A DNA stretch of 64,000 nucleotides, from contig MU058337.1 in the NCBI GenBank assembly GCA_013265495.1, positions 2,572,686 through 2,636,685 on the forward strand, given 5' to 3'. The position numbers and the translations under genes were made by a program. Positions 13,866-27,330 of the stretch are shown in pieces (the stretch's first letter is position 1; every line of letters starts with the position of its first letter). Under the pieces are notes generated by a model that saw only the letters and a program-made list of their open reading frames with translations, made no database searches and had not been told where the DNA came from. Origin of the DNA: Vicugna vicugna. Taxonomy: Eukaryota.

Positions 13866-14241
13866 TCTAAGTGAAGTAAGTCAGACAGAGACAAATACCG
13901 TATGAATTCACTTATATGTGGATACAAAATGAACTTATTTACAAAACAGAAACAGACTTACAGACATAGAAAACAAACTTACAGTTACCCAGGTGAAATG
14001 AGGAGGGATAAATTAGGAGTTTGGGATTAGCAGATACAAATTACTAAATACAAAATAGATAAACAACAAGGTCTTACTGGATATGACAGGGAACTATATT
14101 CGGTAGCTTGTAATAATCTATAATGAAAAAGAATTTGAAAAAGTATATATATTTGTATAACTGAATCACTATGCTGTACACCAGAAACGAACACAACATT
14201 GTAAATCAACTATACTTCAGTAAAAACAGCAACAACAAAAA
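13866..14241 (+). mobile_element. Artiodactyl-type L1 3' UTR
   Basis: ctaagtgaagtaagtcagacagaga...gggataaattaggagtttgggattagcagatac...ctgaatcactatgctgtacaccagaaac...aaatcaactatacttca followed by an A-rich tail. Confidence 0.92.
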
Positions 14242-15429
14242 GCATTTATGAATGTGCGCTCTTATTTACAGATCCCCAAATGCAAACATTGGAATATGGT
14301 AAATGCCCCATGATTATCTGAATAAGTATGTCCTGGCCCTCCCTTCATGATTTTGAGAATCATACCACTTTTCAGGAGGCAAAGAGAGAAGACTGAAGTT
14401 TGGAGATGATGATGACAATCCTAAAATGCTTTCATAGGCAGGACTATTATCATATATTTTTAATCAGAGTCATATTTAATATAAAACAAGTAATGCATAG
14501 TGGTGCCTTGCTTAGGGTAAGAAAAAAATGCCCTATTCCCTTGGAGCTAAAATTAACTGACTTTCAATACCTTATGCAAATCATTCAATCTATTTTTTGT
14601 AATTTCATGTTTATTTTATTAAAAATAATACTTAATAATTTGAAATAGCACCCATAATAATTGAAAGTCAAACTAAATTTCAAATTATACCCCGTATCTT
14701 CTAATAAGGACATAGAATCAAGAATATGTGTCAAAAAGAACTTTGCTAATGATAACATGATAAATATCACTCTCTCATTAGTATTTCATTGTAACTAATT
14801 ATTTTTGACTATTGTATTTTAGCTAATAAATTATGTGAGGTTTATGCTGTCATAACTAATTGTATTTTTTCTTTAAAATGCATGTAAATTTTCAAGAACA
14901 TATAAAGTAATAATTAGGCTGGCTTTACTTAACCAAATTATTTACATAATTATATAATTCATCCCCCTTAAATATATAATTTTGATAAATTATTTTAAAA
15001 TTTTGGTAAAACCTGTTCCTTTTGAAAATAAATTATCCTCTATATTTTACATATCTGGAACTAGCTCAATCTTTGTTTCAGGAATAATCAAAGCTTATAA
15101 ACTATCTGGATCTACAAAATCATTCTCTCAGAAAACAGCTTTTAATCAGCTCTGCACTTTAACAAGGCCAGGGGATATTCGCAAAAAATTGAGCATAAAA
15201 ACTGGGGAGTTGGCAAAAGCTCTTGAAGGCCATACAGTATAGTTTTCCAGTTCTTCACATGAGCATCTTATAACTCACAAGACAAGGGCCGGGGAGACGA
15301 AGGAGGCAGAGTAGAGTTCCCATACGCTTTCTTTGTACAAAATGATTTTCATTGTATGGAGTGGCCACACCAGCCTTCCCAGAAATTTTATTATGCAGTT
15401 TAAGAATAAGAATAAATTGCTAATCAACT

Positions 15430-15540
15430 CTACCACATTCACTTTGTACATGAGAGTTTAAGTTCCTGAAATACTACACGGTTTTTGCAAAGTCACACAT
15501 ATTGTTGATGGAAGAAGGAAGACTAGAGTCTTGTTTCCTT
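15430..15540 (-). mobile_element. MIR fragment
   Basis: actttgtacatgagag...ttgcaaagtcacacatattgttgatggaagaag resembles a reversed MIR core. Confidence 0.5.
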
Positions 15541-16184
15541 TCTACAATATTCCATGATTAAAAAGTTAGAAGGCTTATCATAAAACGGCTGAAATAATCA
15601 GACTTTCTGTAATGTGGGTGATAAATTTAGAGAACTGACCTAAAGGATGCATTTCAACTAATCAATTAAGCCTGTCTTAAAAAAAAAATCTAGCCTGTGA
15701 TGAATTAAATAAGGCTTATAATTTTTTAAAGGTGAAATTCCTTCAAGTATTTCTAACTAGTTTTGATGACCACGATGAGCTACTGCACAGCATTGTGGGT
15801 AATTGCGACCATCCCAGGGAAATGCACGCACTTTTATTTTCTGACTGTGCAGGGCCTCATTGTGTTCCAAACAGTACGCAGAGTGAGGATGCGGGCATGT
15901 TGTCAAAATCAATCTTGGCGCGTCAGGTAGCTGCTGGCAGCTCATGACACATTGGGAAAGTTCAATGACTCAAGCACAAAGACGGGAGGAAAAAAGTCAA
16001 CAAAACCCCCTGAAACTTTCACGTCTTTTTCCTGACCAATACATTTCGGTTCCAGAAACAGTATGTGGCTCATAATTATCCTTGTCAACATAGATTCATC
16101 AGATGCAAGGGAAATATATTGAGGACAAAGGAGATATTTCTTTTCTGCCAATCCACGTGGTATTGATTTGCTGGGAGAAAATAT

Positions 16185-16337
16185 TTATAACTATATATGT
16201 ATATACAGTATCTATGCATATATACTCACAATGCACATATAGTATAAATTTACTTATTTACACAAATGCATATAATATATAGGTGTTTTATATGTGTGTG
16301 TGTATATACATGTATATATTTACACACATATGCATGT
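16185..16337. repeat. Degenerate TA/CA/TG-rich simple repeat
   Basis: Alternating purine-pyrimidine low-complexity tract. Confidence 0.7.
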
Positions 16338-16638
16338 AATAATCTGAAAATACCGGGACCTGTGATTCTTCAGAATAATATGATCACTGAGGAAAATTTC
16401 TCATCCAGATCTAACTGTGCTTGACCGTGGGACACCAGTGTTAGCTGCATTCACTGTGACATTATATTAACCTAATAGCTTCTTTTTCCTGCAATTTCCT
16501 ACTTTTTTGTTGTTGTTCAAGTGAGAATAATTTTCCGTATTTCACTGGCTTGAATAATCTGGTATCACATTCCAGACTATTGGTAGCTTTTCCACATATA
16601 AAAGATGGGGCTGTCACCCCACCAAATCCGGCGTGTAG

Positions 16639-16648
16639 CTATTTTTAG
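16639..16648. promoter_or_regulatory. MEF2 consensus site
   Basis: ctatttttag is an exact CTA(A/T)4TAG match in repeat-poor sequence; function untested. Confidence 0.35.
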
Positions 16649-19599
16649 CACTCTGGGCTTCTTTGCAGACTTTTGGTGGCATTACTGTTACAGACCAATT
16701 AGAGGGAACAGAACTGCTGTTATGGCACAATATCAGTGATACATATTAGGAATCAGATTGCTAAAAGCATACATATTTAATGAAGCAACCCTACATGCAA
16801 GGTTATAAAGTTTAATAGCCAAAAAGAGGCAAAAATATATGAGAAATCATCTCCATGTCACTGAATGCTAGACCTGAAAATTAGGGGGAGAAAAGCATTC
16901 TTTGAGGGGATTGAATGCCTGTGACAGTTTTTTTTTAACCAACATAACAAATAAAATTAGTTTCTTATTTGATTAAGTTATTAATGCATGGTTGGATTAA
17001 TATTTGTAGCAATTATACTTAATTTTATGTTTCAGTGTATGATGTAAGTAAATTATTTCTGAAGACAAAGCATATTGTATTCAAAGCCATCTGTTAAATA
17101 GCCTTTCCTGAATAACACTGGTCTATCTGTAAAGTTTTGTTGTCATCTGCAATTTTACTTCTCTGAATACCGGAAATTTGAAATCATCAAGCAAAGAAAG
17201 CAGCATGCTTTTTATTTGCACGTATTAGCTTTTTTATTAAAAATGGTAAGTGAGAGGTAAACAGAGTCGCTAAAAATGTGTAAACCACTGAAACTAAATG
17301 CTGCTGCTTTTTTTTAAATTGTGCTGATTTAACATTAAATACATATGATGATTTTAAATAAATAGCATTGCATTATGTAACTCATGGTATGGTATTGACA
17401 ATTTGCACTTATTTCTAATTATTTCAAATTTGGCAGTGGTTGTTACATCATACCCTTAATTATGACTTTAAAAAATTCTGATGTCATCTGATGACTGATG
17501 AACCAGGATTGGCTTTTTTTATGCCAAAAAGCTTGCTTAAGGTTTTGCAAAGCTAGAATTTATTTGTGCATCCAGCATGTAGAGAAAATTTAAGATAACG
17601 TGTCTAGTGTCTAGAAGAACTTCTTCCTTTGAAGTAAGTTCCAGATGACAATTGAGTGTGAACTGGTGACTAGTCATGACACGACCAGTAGGTACTGCCG
17701 GCCATCCCTGACTGGGACATCACTGACCATGGCAACCCTTTAGAGTAGGGAAAGAGGCTCGAATAGTTAAAATGAACTGCTCATAATCTCATAGCTAGTA
17801 CGCAACACAGGAAATGTTTAAAACTAATTCTATTTTTTTTAAGGAAGAAATTTGGAATTCTTAAGTACAAAAAAATAGTTGAGTCCAAAGAACACAGTAG
17901 CATTATAGATAAATAGACGTGTACCAAAAGCCCACGTCTATCAAAGCTCTGAGCTATTTAGCTGTGAATGGAGATTCTTTCAAGACTTTCTACTCAAATT
18001 TCCTCATGTTGACATTAATGCTGATATTCTTTTTCTACATCATACCCATAATGTTCTTGCATATCTTTGATTATAATTTTCAGAGGAAAAGTTGACCTTG
18101 CCTAATATTTTCAGGACAAACCACACAACTGTTTCAGTAGAGATACTGATGTCTCTCGAGATGATGTTTGAGATAAATGGAGCAAAATAAGGATCCAAAG
18201 AAAGCATTTCTTTAAAGAAAAAAATTCATAAAAATAACTTGTAATTTATTTCAATTTCCAGTATATATATATATATTTAAAGTGATGATAGTTACCATTT
18301 ACATTGTCATAACATCAACAAGCAATTAATCATTTCCTTCTTCAAAGCCCTGAAAGCCAGAAAACTTTGTTTTCTGCCTGTAACATTCCACCACCTTTCC
18401 TTTAGATTTACAAGGCAAGGAAGATTAAGGAGTAAAAAAAAAAAATAGAATGAAATGCCAGAAATGGGCTATCAAATGATTATTATGTAGGAAATAATTC
18501 TGAGAGTAGTTTGCAGCTGAGTAACGTAGCAGAATAAGAAGCATTATAAAACATATTGCTAGAATTTGAAAAATGGAAACATGGTAATTGTCCACAGCTA
18601 TCTGCTCGTATGCGCCCGGACGCAGTGACGGCCAAGGTAGCCGCTTTATTTTTTGTTGCTACTGTTTTCTAGTTAGCCAGTCACTGACTACAGTTGTCAC
18701 CCTCCTTTAAAGGTCTTCCCTCACCTCCTCTCACCTAAAAAATGAGTTACAGACAGTTACTCCCTGAATTAGACAGGGCCAGTCTTGCTAAACAAATGGT
18801 TTAGCTTTGAAATTTGAAATCACATTACAGAGAACACTATATTAAATTATGGAAACACATTTTCCCAAATGATTTTTCCAGTACCATGTCTGTCAGCTTT
18901 ATTCCTCAAAACAACCAGAGAGTAATTGCACTCACAGAACCACTGGGCCGTTGACTGAAGTTGGGACTGCGTAACATGTATATTCTGGGGTGGACTCGAT
19001 GTCCCTGAGTCGAGGTCACTGGTTCCCATTTTGACTAGATACTCTCACGGGTACAGGGGCCAGAACTTGACGCACGGCAGAGTCTCAGTCCAAATCCGCT
19101 TCCTTCTCTTTCACATAAAGCCCTTCACTTAATTTTCACAGTCCTTTAACAGGACTCTTTCCTCCCGCAAAAGAGCGTTCTGCTTCTACATTTGTAGAAA
19201 AACCAAAACAGGAGAGAAAGATGGGAGTTGAAGAGGGTGACCCCTTTCTTAAAGTAGAGAAAGTGACCAAAGTCATGAAAAGAATAAAAATCATATCCGT
19301 TCCTCCCCTGGACCCGATCAGTTCAAAGCTCAGAAGTAATTTTCCCTTCCACGTTTCTGAGACAGCGGACATTAAGAGCTCTTATCTATGTCGCAGCCAC
19401 TAGACGGAGGGTGGTAATTGACACCTAATCAGAGTTCACCAGGCTTATAATATTTTCATAAATAACTTATCCAAATTAATCTGTAAAAACTCAATTTGAC
19501 TGAGAAAAAGTTATCCCACTCTATTTCCATACAACCAGGAATTCAGCATTTGTTTTTAAAACTACACATAAAAAGCTTAATATGAGCTAATGCCCTACT

Positions 19600-20330
19600 G
19601 TACCTCCTCATCTAAGGGTGTGGATTGAGCGGTGGGCCAGCAAAGCAAAGCAGCTTCCCTCCCAGGGCTCACCTTCCAGAGACAGAAGCAGGGAATCGCA
19701 CACGTAAGACATGGAAAGTGATGCTGTTGTCATGGAAAAAACAAAGTCAAGTGAGGGAAGGGAGCAGGGACTGCACAAGTTGGGGTGATAAGGATAGATT
19801 AATTAGGGTGGTGAGGATGGGCCTCCACGGTAAGGAGACTGGTGAGCAGAGGTGACCCATGTGGCCCACCATCCGGTGCAAAGTCGGCAGGCTGACCAGA
19901 AGTCTCCCTGATGAGCATTAGGTTGGTGTGGTCAAAGGACTGCAAGGAGGCCATGGTGGCTGCAGCCAACCGAGCCTGGAAGAAGCCAGAAAAAATAATT
20001 CCGAGATTTGGAGGGAAGTGAGGTCATGTGAACGCGAAGATGAACTTTGACGCGAAGTGAGATTGGAAGCCACGGGGAATGTAGAGACAGACTCAGTGAA
20101 ATTAAGGAAATTAATATTTTCCCGAGTTCCCAAAGCAGGAACAGGAAGATGTAGGTCCGTCTAATCCCACGGTCTGTGCACTCAGCAAACCTGCTGTATA
20201 TAATACGACAAAGATACGCAATCATCTCCGTGTGATACTGGAGTCTTTTGGAGGAGGAAGGAACTCACTGTGACTTAGTTTTCAGAGAAACCTGTACAGA
20301 GAAATTGGGAACAGAGCCACACTTTGAAGG
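19600..20330 (-). mobile_element. L2 fragment
   Basis: Purine-rich reversed L2: gcaaggaggccatggtggctgcagcc, agggaagtgaggtcatgtg, gaactcactgtgacttagttttcag. Confidence 0.7.
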
Positions 20331-21284
20331 GTGAATATTTTTAAGAAAGGAAGAGAGAATATTAAGAGAATCATGAATGAAGTCACACTTCAGTTAGGAG
20401 AAGAGCTTGACTTCAATTTAATACCACATTGGGTTTAATCGGAAATAGCTCTGGAGGAGAAGGTAGGAGTTAGAGAATGAAGATATAATGTTAAAAATTC
20501 TTGACATTACTCTCTACTCAGTGGAAAATATCATAGAATTTTGAATAAGGGAGAGATTGATTTGCCCAAAGGAATGCTGTAGAAATTCTGGACGGGGAAT
20601 GGAATGAACATTGAGTTCTCAGTAGTTCACTGGAGTAGCAGTAAAGAGGGGGTCCCAGACACAGGGGACAATCAGAAGGAACACTTAAAAGGAATCTGTT
20701 ATTAGCTGGGAGTGGTGATAAGAATTTCCCCTTTTCTCACGTCTCCTATACATCATGCAAGTGTTTTTCTCTAGACTCTCTTTTTATGGTAGTAGTGGTT
20801 CAAATTTTCCCCCATCACTGGTTTCAAAATTTTTGAAAATGTCTGTTCTCTTTCTCCTCCTTTTATTTTGCATTTCGTTTCTCAGCTGCCTACCACGCAC
20901 CTCTCCCCTGTCCCTCATGCCTGTCTTCTCTCCATCCCATGACGACCCTTCAAGGTACATGCTGCTTTCTTGCCTGGACACTGGGGTGAATTTCTAGCTA
21001 GATTCCTGCCATGACATCTATCAGCACGTTGGAAAGAGCTCTTTAATATGGCCCAGTACTCACTTCTAGACTCACATCTCATTGTTTCTAAGCATGAAAT
21101 GTAATCTCCTGACCAAAAAGGTTATTGTTAGGTGAATATCACATTTAATTTTTAATCTCTTTCTTTCTTTTTGCTCATGCTGTCACATCCTTCTCTCCCA
21201 ACCACAGAAGCGTAGATGTGTGTATATAATTGTACTCACAAATGTGCACACACCCTCCTATTTCTACCAATAGCCCCAATTTTT

Positions 21285-22400
21285 TAAAGAAAGTTTTGTA
21301 TAATTAATTATTTCAACAACATAGAAGCCACATAGACTAGTATAATGAAAAGGTATCTTCCAATCACTCAGCTTCTACAATCATCACATCATGGTCAATT
21401 TTTTTTATCTAAACCCCTGACAATTTCTCCTTGACGGGAATGTTTTTAGCACTCCCCAGACAACGTAATGTTTCATCCGTGAATAATTCAAATCACATCT
21501 CTAAAATATAAAAGTTCCTTTACAACAAAACCACAATAATACTATACCTAAAAATGAACAACAGTCGCTTTGTATCGTGAATAATCTAGTCAGTGTTGAA
21601 GTTTCCCAGGTAGTCTGAACTTTATAAATTTGATTGAATCACGGGCCAAGCAAGGTCCATATACCATAAGCATCTAATATACCCCATACATCTCTTTTCA
21701 TCTGTGGGTTTCTCATCCTTTTCTTTTTATTTTTCAAACATCGTATATTTTGAAGGAATCTATACAGTGTTTCCCAGAGTCTACTGAACGCCCCTTCATC
21801 GTGTCATTTAATATGTTCCCCATCCCCTCTATTTTCTGTAATTTGTTAGTTTTAGAAAGGCTTGATCATATTCAAGTTCATTTTTGTTTTGGTCAAAAAT
21901 GCTTCGCAGATAATAAGCATTCACTCCATGGGTCACGTAACATCAGTATGTCTTTATTTTGTGATGTTACCAGCTATTGATAAGCTCTGACTCCTGAAGC
22001 AATGATATATGGAAAACGCAGGATGGATGTTGGACTCCTTGCCTCTTTTTTTTTTTTTTTAATACATTTTCAGACAAATGTCTTGGCTGTTTGCTAAGAG
22101 CCCTGGGCCTCGTACTAGCAAACTCATTACTTCTCAGTTGGTCAATGTTTCTAGGCATTTTCTGGGACAGGGACAGGATTTATTTTTCTTTTGCTTTCCC
22201 CCTTTTGTTTTTTGCCTTAAGAGATAAAAGACATCATGAGTGTATATGGCTCATTTTCATTTCCATTGAAGATGCAGGGTGTCCTCTCAACATGTTTCTC
22301 TCTTACTTATGTTTTGCTTTCTGCCGTGTCAAAATTCCGGTTCCCAATGACACATACGTTTGTTTTTGCTTAAATACATGTACAACATTCTCTAGGTAGC
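21285..22400 (-). mobile_element. Old L1 3' UTR (L1MC/L1ME-like)
   Basis: tagactagtataatgaa...aatcactcagcttctacaatcatc...aatctagtcagtgttgaagtttcccag...gcttgatcatattcaagttca. Confidence 0.7.
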
Positions 22401-22859
22401 AATATGAAGTTTTGTTTGGAAAAGAGCACCTTGCTAATCGGGAATCCCTGAGGATCTTACCAGAGTGATAGATAAACTCCTGTAGTGTAAGTCTGGGAGA
22501 TTCAGGGATTTACCTGTTACAGCAGCTAATGCTTTGTTAATACGCATCATACCTAAATATGCCTTCATCATACTCTGAGGAAGAGTTTGTAACATCAGTG
22601 GGTATTGTGAGTAAATGGCTTAAAGCCCATGGATTTGATGACTTGACCAATTGGTAGACACATATGTAAAGGGTAAAAAACAAAGAAGGATTTTACATTA
22701 TGTAACCAGAAAGATATTTTATAATAAGTATAAACAGAAAAGCTAGGACACATAACCAAGTTGAGAGATGGGTTTATATCATGAGTTGATATTAGCTTCA
22801 GTTTCCTGGGAGAAAATTTCGTGGTGGACAAGTGAGTCAGAATATCTGACGAGTTCCAC

Positions 22860-23290
22860 TGAAGTTAAGAAAATTTATAAAGTTTAAAATGTTGGAGTAA
22901 TGTGAAAATAGGTAACTATGTAATGATTGTATGTTTGCTTTCAGAGTCAAAGATACAAGAGGTGACGAACCAAAGACCAGGTGGAAATGTCTGAGGAATG
23001 TCCACTTTAAGACAGAAAGATACAAAAGTAGTGATGAAAGGGGGAAGGGAGACGATAATGTGATGCTAAGGGGCCCACAGGAGGACTGTTTCAAGGAGGA
23101 AATAATATCTTAATGAGGCAGAGAAATTGAGAATAGCAAGACCACTGAATTTACAATTAAGACCTTGTTTGCGATCTCTGAGTGAGATTTGTCAGTAAAG
23201 GAGTTGCGATCCAAACAGGATTAAAGGGCTCTCCAGGAAAGAATAAAAGACAGTAATTTTAAGGGGGTGACTATAAAAAGGAAGAATGAC
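22860..23290 (-). mobile_element. L2 fragment
   Basis: aagaccactgaatttacaattaagaccttg...gatttgtcagtaaaggag and purine-rich context. Confidence 0.5.
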
Positions 23291-24502
23291 AGTATTCTGC
23301 GTGGCACTGCTCAGATTCTCTGGAGAAAACAGATAGTCTGTCTCATTTTGTTCTAAGGTGAACGGCCTGCCAAAGTTCTATGCTTTGGGGCCATTTTTGT
23401 TCCAATTCTTTCTTTACACCTACTACCTCACAAGGGCTGGTTGGACCATGAGCGGCAGCTAAGTCAAATGCAGGCAGCTGTCGGACAGGCAGGGGACTGG
23501 TGATCCATGACATGGCTGTGGGGAAAGAAGAAGAAAGAAGAAACCAGACTGGACTCCTTTTGGAAGTATGATTTAAGAAATACCAATGAAATAGGACAGT
23601 GGTAGGAGCTAAACTGAAATGTCATGGAGGGGGAGGACCATGGGCATCTATAAGCCACCAGTGCTTGTCTGAGGAGATAGGAAGTCAGCGCATCAGTGAG
23701 AAGAAGAAGGTGAGCCAGGAAGTGCAGCAGTGTGATTAGGAGGGACAGAAGGATGCCACAGCTCAAGAACAGAGATGGAGGGGATGGGTGGTTTTGAACT
23801 GACCTCAGATCCTGACAGAATGTATTCTTAATAACTTGCCAGTGGCTCTTTGTGGTTTGGCTTGGTCTGGTTGTAACAAAAATAGCTTGCAAAAATCTGA
23901 CGTCTTCTGCAGTCTTGGTTCTAGCTGTACCAGAGCTGGGTGACTGTTGTGATCCATATTCTTCAAAGGTTGATAAAAAATCGTATGGCATACAGGGATG
24001 GAGAAAGAAGCAGAGAGAGGCCAGGGTGCTTTTGACGTGGCTGCACCTGCTCCAGCTCCTGTGCTGCTTCTCTCAAGAGCAGCTGCACCCTGAACAGGGA
24101 GAAAACAGTTGGGAACGTCTGAAGCCAGGCTGACCGACGCCCCCATCCAGAGGGTTAAATGGTCTGCCCTTTTCTGGTCATAAGGACACAGTATTCCTCA
24201 GGGGCATGAGAGCACCGCTCTGCACATCCTTGTCAAGCATTAAACGAGTGAACACCCAGCTGACAAAGAAAAGAATAGAACTGAGCACCCTGGAACCTTT
24301 ACAGATCAAGACCAAAAATAGAAATTGTGACTTGACAGGTTGCGAGTTCAGCCACCCGGGTGAGGTCACAAGACCGCTCTGCATCTGGGAATCTCCATTA
24401 TGCGATGTTATCCTCTGTCCAGACTGTGAGAGTAGCGAGAAAACAGATCCAAGCTGATTTTAAATTCTCCCACTTATGTTGAAGGTGCAGTTCAGGACTT
24501 AC

Positions 24503-24761
24503 TTGTCCATTTGGATTATCTAAAGTAACTTAAATCAATTGATATAATTTCCTTCCCACTGGGTTAATTTTCTGGAGCTGTAAACAGCCTTCTGATAACC
24601 AGAAATTGATCTTGCAAAGCCCTTGTAAATAGCAGAGTTAGTAACTGGATAATAACAGATTAGTCTCATCCTTCTAGGAATATCCACGTCTAAAACATAC
24701 TGGACATCAAGAGGCACCCTGGACCAGATGTGGGATGCTCAGCATCAGCAGACCTCCCGCT
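24503..24761 (-). other. Candidate exon of an unidentified minus-strand transcript
   Basis: Minus strand: pyrimidine tract (24790-24814), no AG until tggcag| at 24762-24763, and donor CAA|GTAAGT at 24497-24502. No homology recognised. Confidence 0.3.
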
Positions 24762-25519
24762 CTGCCAGTACATAGGCGACAGTATGTGTAAGAGAAAGAA
24801 AAAAAGTAGAGAAACTGATTATACAACCCTGGCATGTCCTAACTACTGTATTTTCAGTAGGAAAGCTACCAGTTAACTCTAAAGTAGTACCCCCTGTATT
24901 CTTATGTTTACAGTCAGACTTCTGTTTAAACAGTCATTGCAGAATTCCCTTGATATCACTAATCACTGTTAATTAATATTCAGTTAGACATCTGATACTT
25001 TTTTGCCTCAAGGCATGATTATCTGATACTCAGGTAACAAGTAAAATGATTTTTTGGAAAGTCCTCTTGGACTAGGTAGTTATGTCGTGTTTTACAAATT
25101 ATTTAATCCTTTGAATTCTATAGGCAGTAAATAATGATGATTGTTCACCGAAAATATGTTGCAAATTCATAGCAAGCGTTTTAGGTTTCAGAAAACATTA
25201 CCCCTGGAATTGAGTCTTCTGAACATTTTTTGTGTATCATTACAAGTAGTAAAAAGAGGAACTAACAATGATTCTGCTCCCTGTCTTTAAATATAGTTAT
25301 CCTTTAATACAAATAATAATGTTTTCTTATACTTGTCTTACAGATAATACGTAAAACATGCTGTGCATACATTCAAGGTATTTTAACATCAAAAAACACT
25401 ACTACTGGGATACTGTATTCTGAATATTTGGTGGCGCTCCAAGTAATAATCTGAGCTATTATAAATTAGTAAATACCTAATATGGGCACATAATTTATAT
25501 ATGTTTGCTTATTTAAGCA

Positions 25520-26290
25520 AGCGACGGATTTTGCATGCAAAGAAACCGACACTAGTGGAAGACAAGTAGCTTTCCCACGATCGAAGATCTCTGCTGGATC
25601 TTCTCATTCTGCCCTTCAAGTTTTCCTCCGCCATTACTCTGTCTGGGCTCTGCTCCATGCAGCGCCCTCTACAGGTCGAATCAACGCAGCTCCCTTGGTC
25701 TTCTGGGTGGTGTCAAGCAGGAGACCACAACAACATTGAAAGACGGCGGAACAGACAGGAGCCAGGGAACACTCTCCTGGCTTCTCCCCGCAGTCTGCAT
25801 TTTGGTTGTGGCTGCTTCCCTCTGCTGAAGGCGCAGCTGCTGCTGGTCTGCCTCCTCCAGGACCTGCAGCTGCTGGTTTCCGGGGCCCGGCGAGTGCTCT
25901 TCTCGCCCTTTCCCGCCTGGGGTGGTGATGCTTTCCCCCCTTATTGACGCTGCGGCTCTTACTGCCCGTGGTTAGCCAAATAAATTAGCCAGCTCATTAA
26001 ATTCTCCTGGAGCTCTTCAGTTCCCCTCCTGAGAGTCCGCTGATTTCTTCGAGGGCTTTGACTGATACAGAAATTGTCAGGAGGAATGGCCTCAGGAAGG
26101 AGAAGCCCGGACGGGAAGTCTGCCGTCGGGTCGCTCGCACACTTGATGCGCGCACTGGCCAGCTCCTTGCTGTGGGCGCATGCGGGTCTGTGGCACATGG
26201 AGGCACCACGAGGGCAAGTGAAGGACACGGTGTTCTCAGAGTAAATGGCTGTGACTCAGAGTCACTACAGCCAAGGTGGTAAGTGTACTA
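25520..26290. promoter_or_regulatory. CpG-enriched, repeat-free promoter-like region
   Basis: About 35 CpGs in about 720 bp by manual count in an otherwise CpG-poor window; AP-1 site TGACTCA at 26252-26258; splice donors on both strands. Confidence 0.55.
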
Positions 26291-27091
26291 AGCAGAGCGC
26301 AGGCTGGCTGTTTCTGTCAACCTTAGAGACTATACACAGAGAAACGGACCAACTGGAAGCCTTGAATATATGCCTAACTCAGGTCCTGTGTGGTAACCCA
26401 GAGGGCCACCAAGACAGCTTTAAAGATAGCCTTGATCTTCTGCAGCCACACGGAAGACAGAGCTGAAAATGAAGAGCTAAGGTCTCAACTGTGATTGTCG
26501 CAGAATTGCAGCATTGATGAATGCGACCCTCTGGGATCATGATACTAAAGCAGGAGAAGTTAGAGGAGCAGGGGGGCTGCTGTGACATGGGATGGGACAT
26601 GTGAGCAGGCAGGATTGAAGCTAAGAACTTTGAGCTCATAAGTTTCCCTAAAAGGGTCCTTGTCTGTGCAAGTAACTCCTCCCCACTGAATGGCGGAACC
26701 AGGCTTCCCCATCATGAAACTCTTGTAGTGATTGTACCTGGAACAACTGCCCAGCTGGGCTAAGGATGGCTCTTCTCACCACACTCGTGGGTCCCCGGCC
26801 CACAGATCCCGAGAAAACCCAGGGAGAAGTTCCAGAGAGGGCCTCCTCTGGGAGAAAAGTCTCTCTACACCAGAAGAGTTGCAGAAGAGCTTCAATTTGA
26901 ATTGGCAGGAGGCTGGGTAGCATGTTGGCATGGGTTCTGGGAATCATAGACCAAGAATAATACTAATAATAAATACAGATATACCAGCCTGGAAGCAAAG
27001 ATTTCATACATTAGCTCAAGCCACTAGGAGTGGAAGATCACTTGGTTAGTTAATGAGGTCTGGTTCATCTTAATCAATGGCATTTCATAGC

Positions 27092-27330
27092 CAGAGGGCC
27101 TGGGCATACTCTGTATCACAGGTCGGCCCACAGGCCAAGTTGGGCCAGCCAGCCTGTTTCTATAAATAAAGTGTTATTGGAACACAGCCGCACCCATGTT
27201 ATGTATGGTCTGTGGACGCTTCTGCATGAAAATGACCAAGTTATGCAGTTGCAACAAAGACCATATGGTCCATAATCCCTAAGATATTTACTATCTGGTG
27301 CTTTACATAAAGAGTTTTCTGGCGTCTACA
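27092..27330. mobile_element. MER58A (hAT-Charlie) DNA transposon
   Basis: ggcccacaggccaa...gcctgtttctataaataaagtgttattggaacacagccgcaccca...cctaagatatttactatctggtgctttaca. Confidence 0.9.

Noticed and set aside
23464..24146. Overlapping 175-aa and 113-aa minus-strand ORFs
   Set aside because: No recognisable protein similarity; the region looks like degraded LTR-type or neutral sequence.
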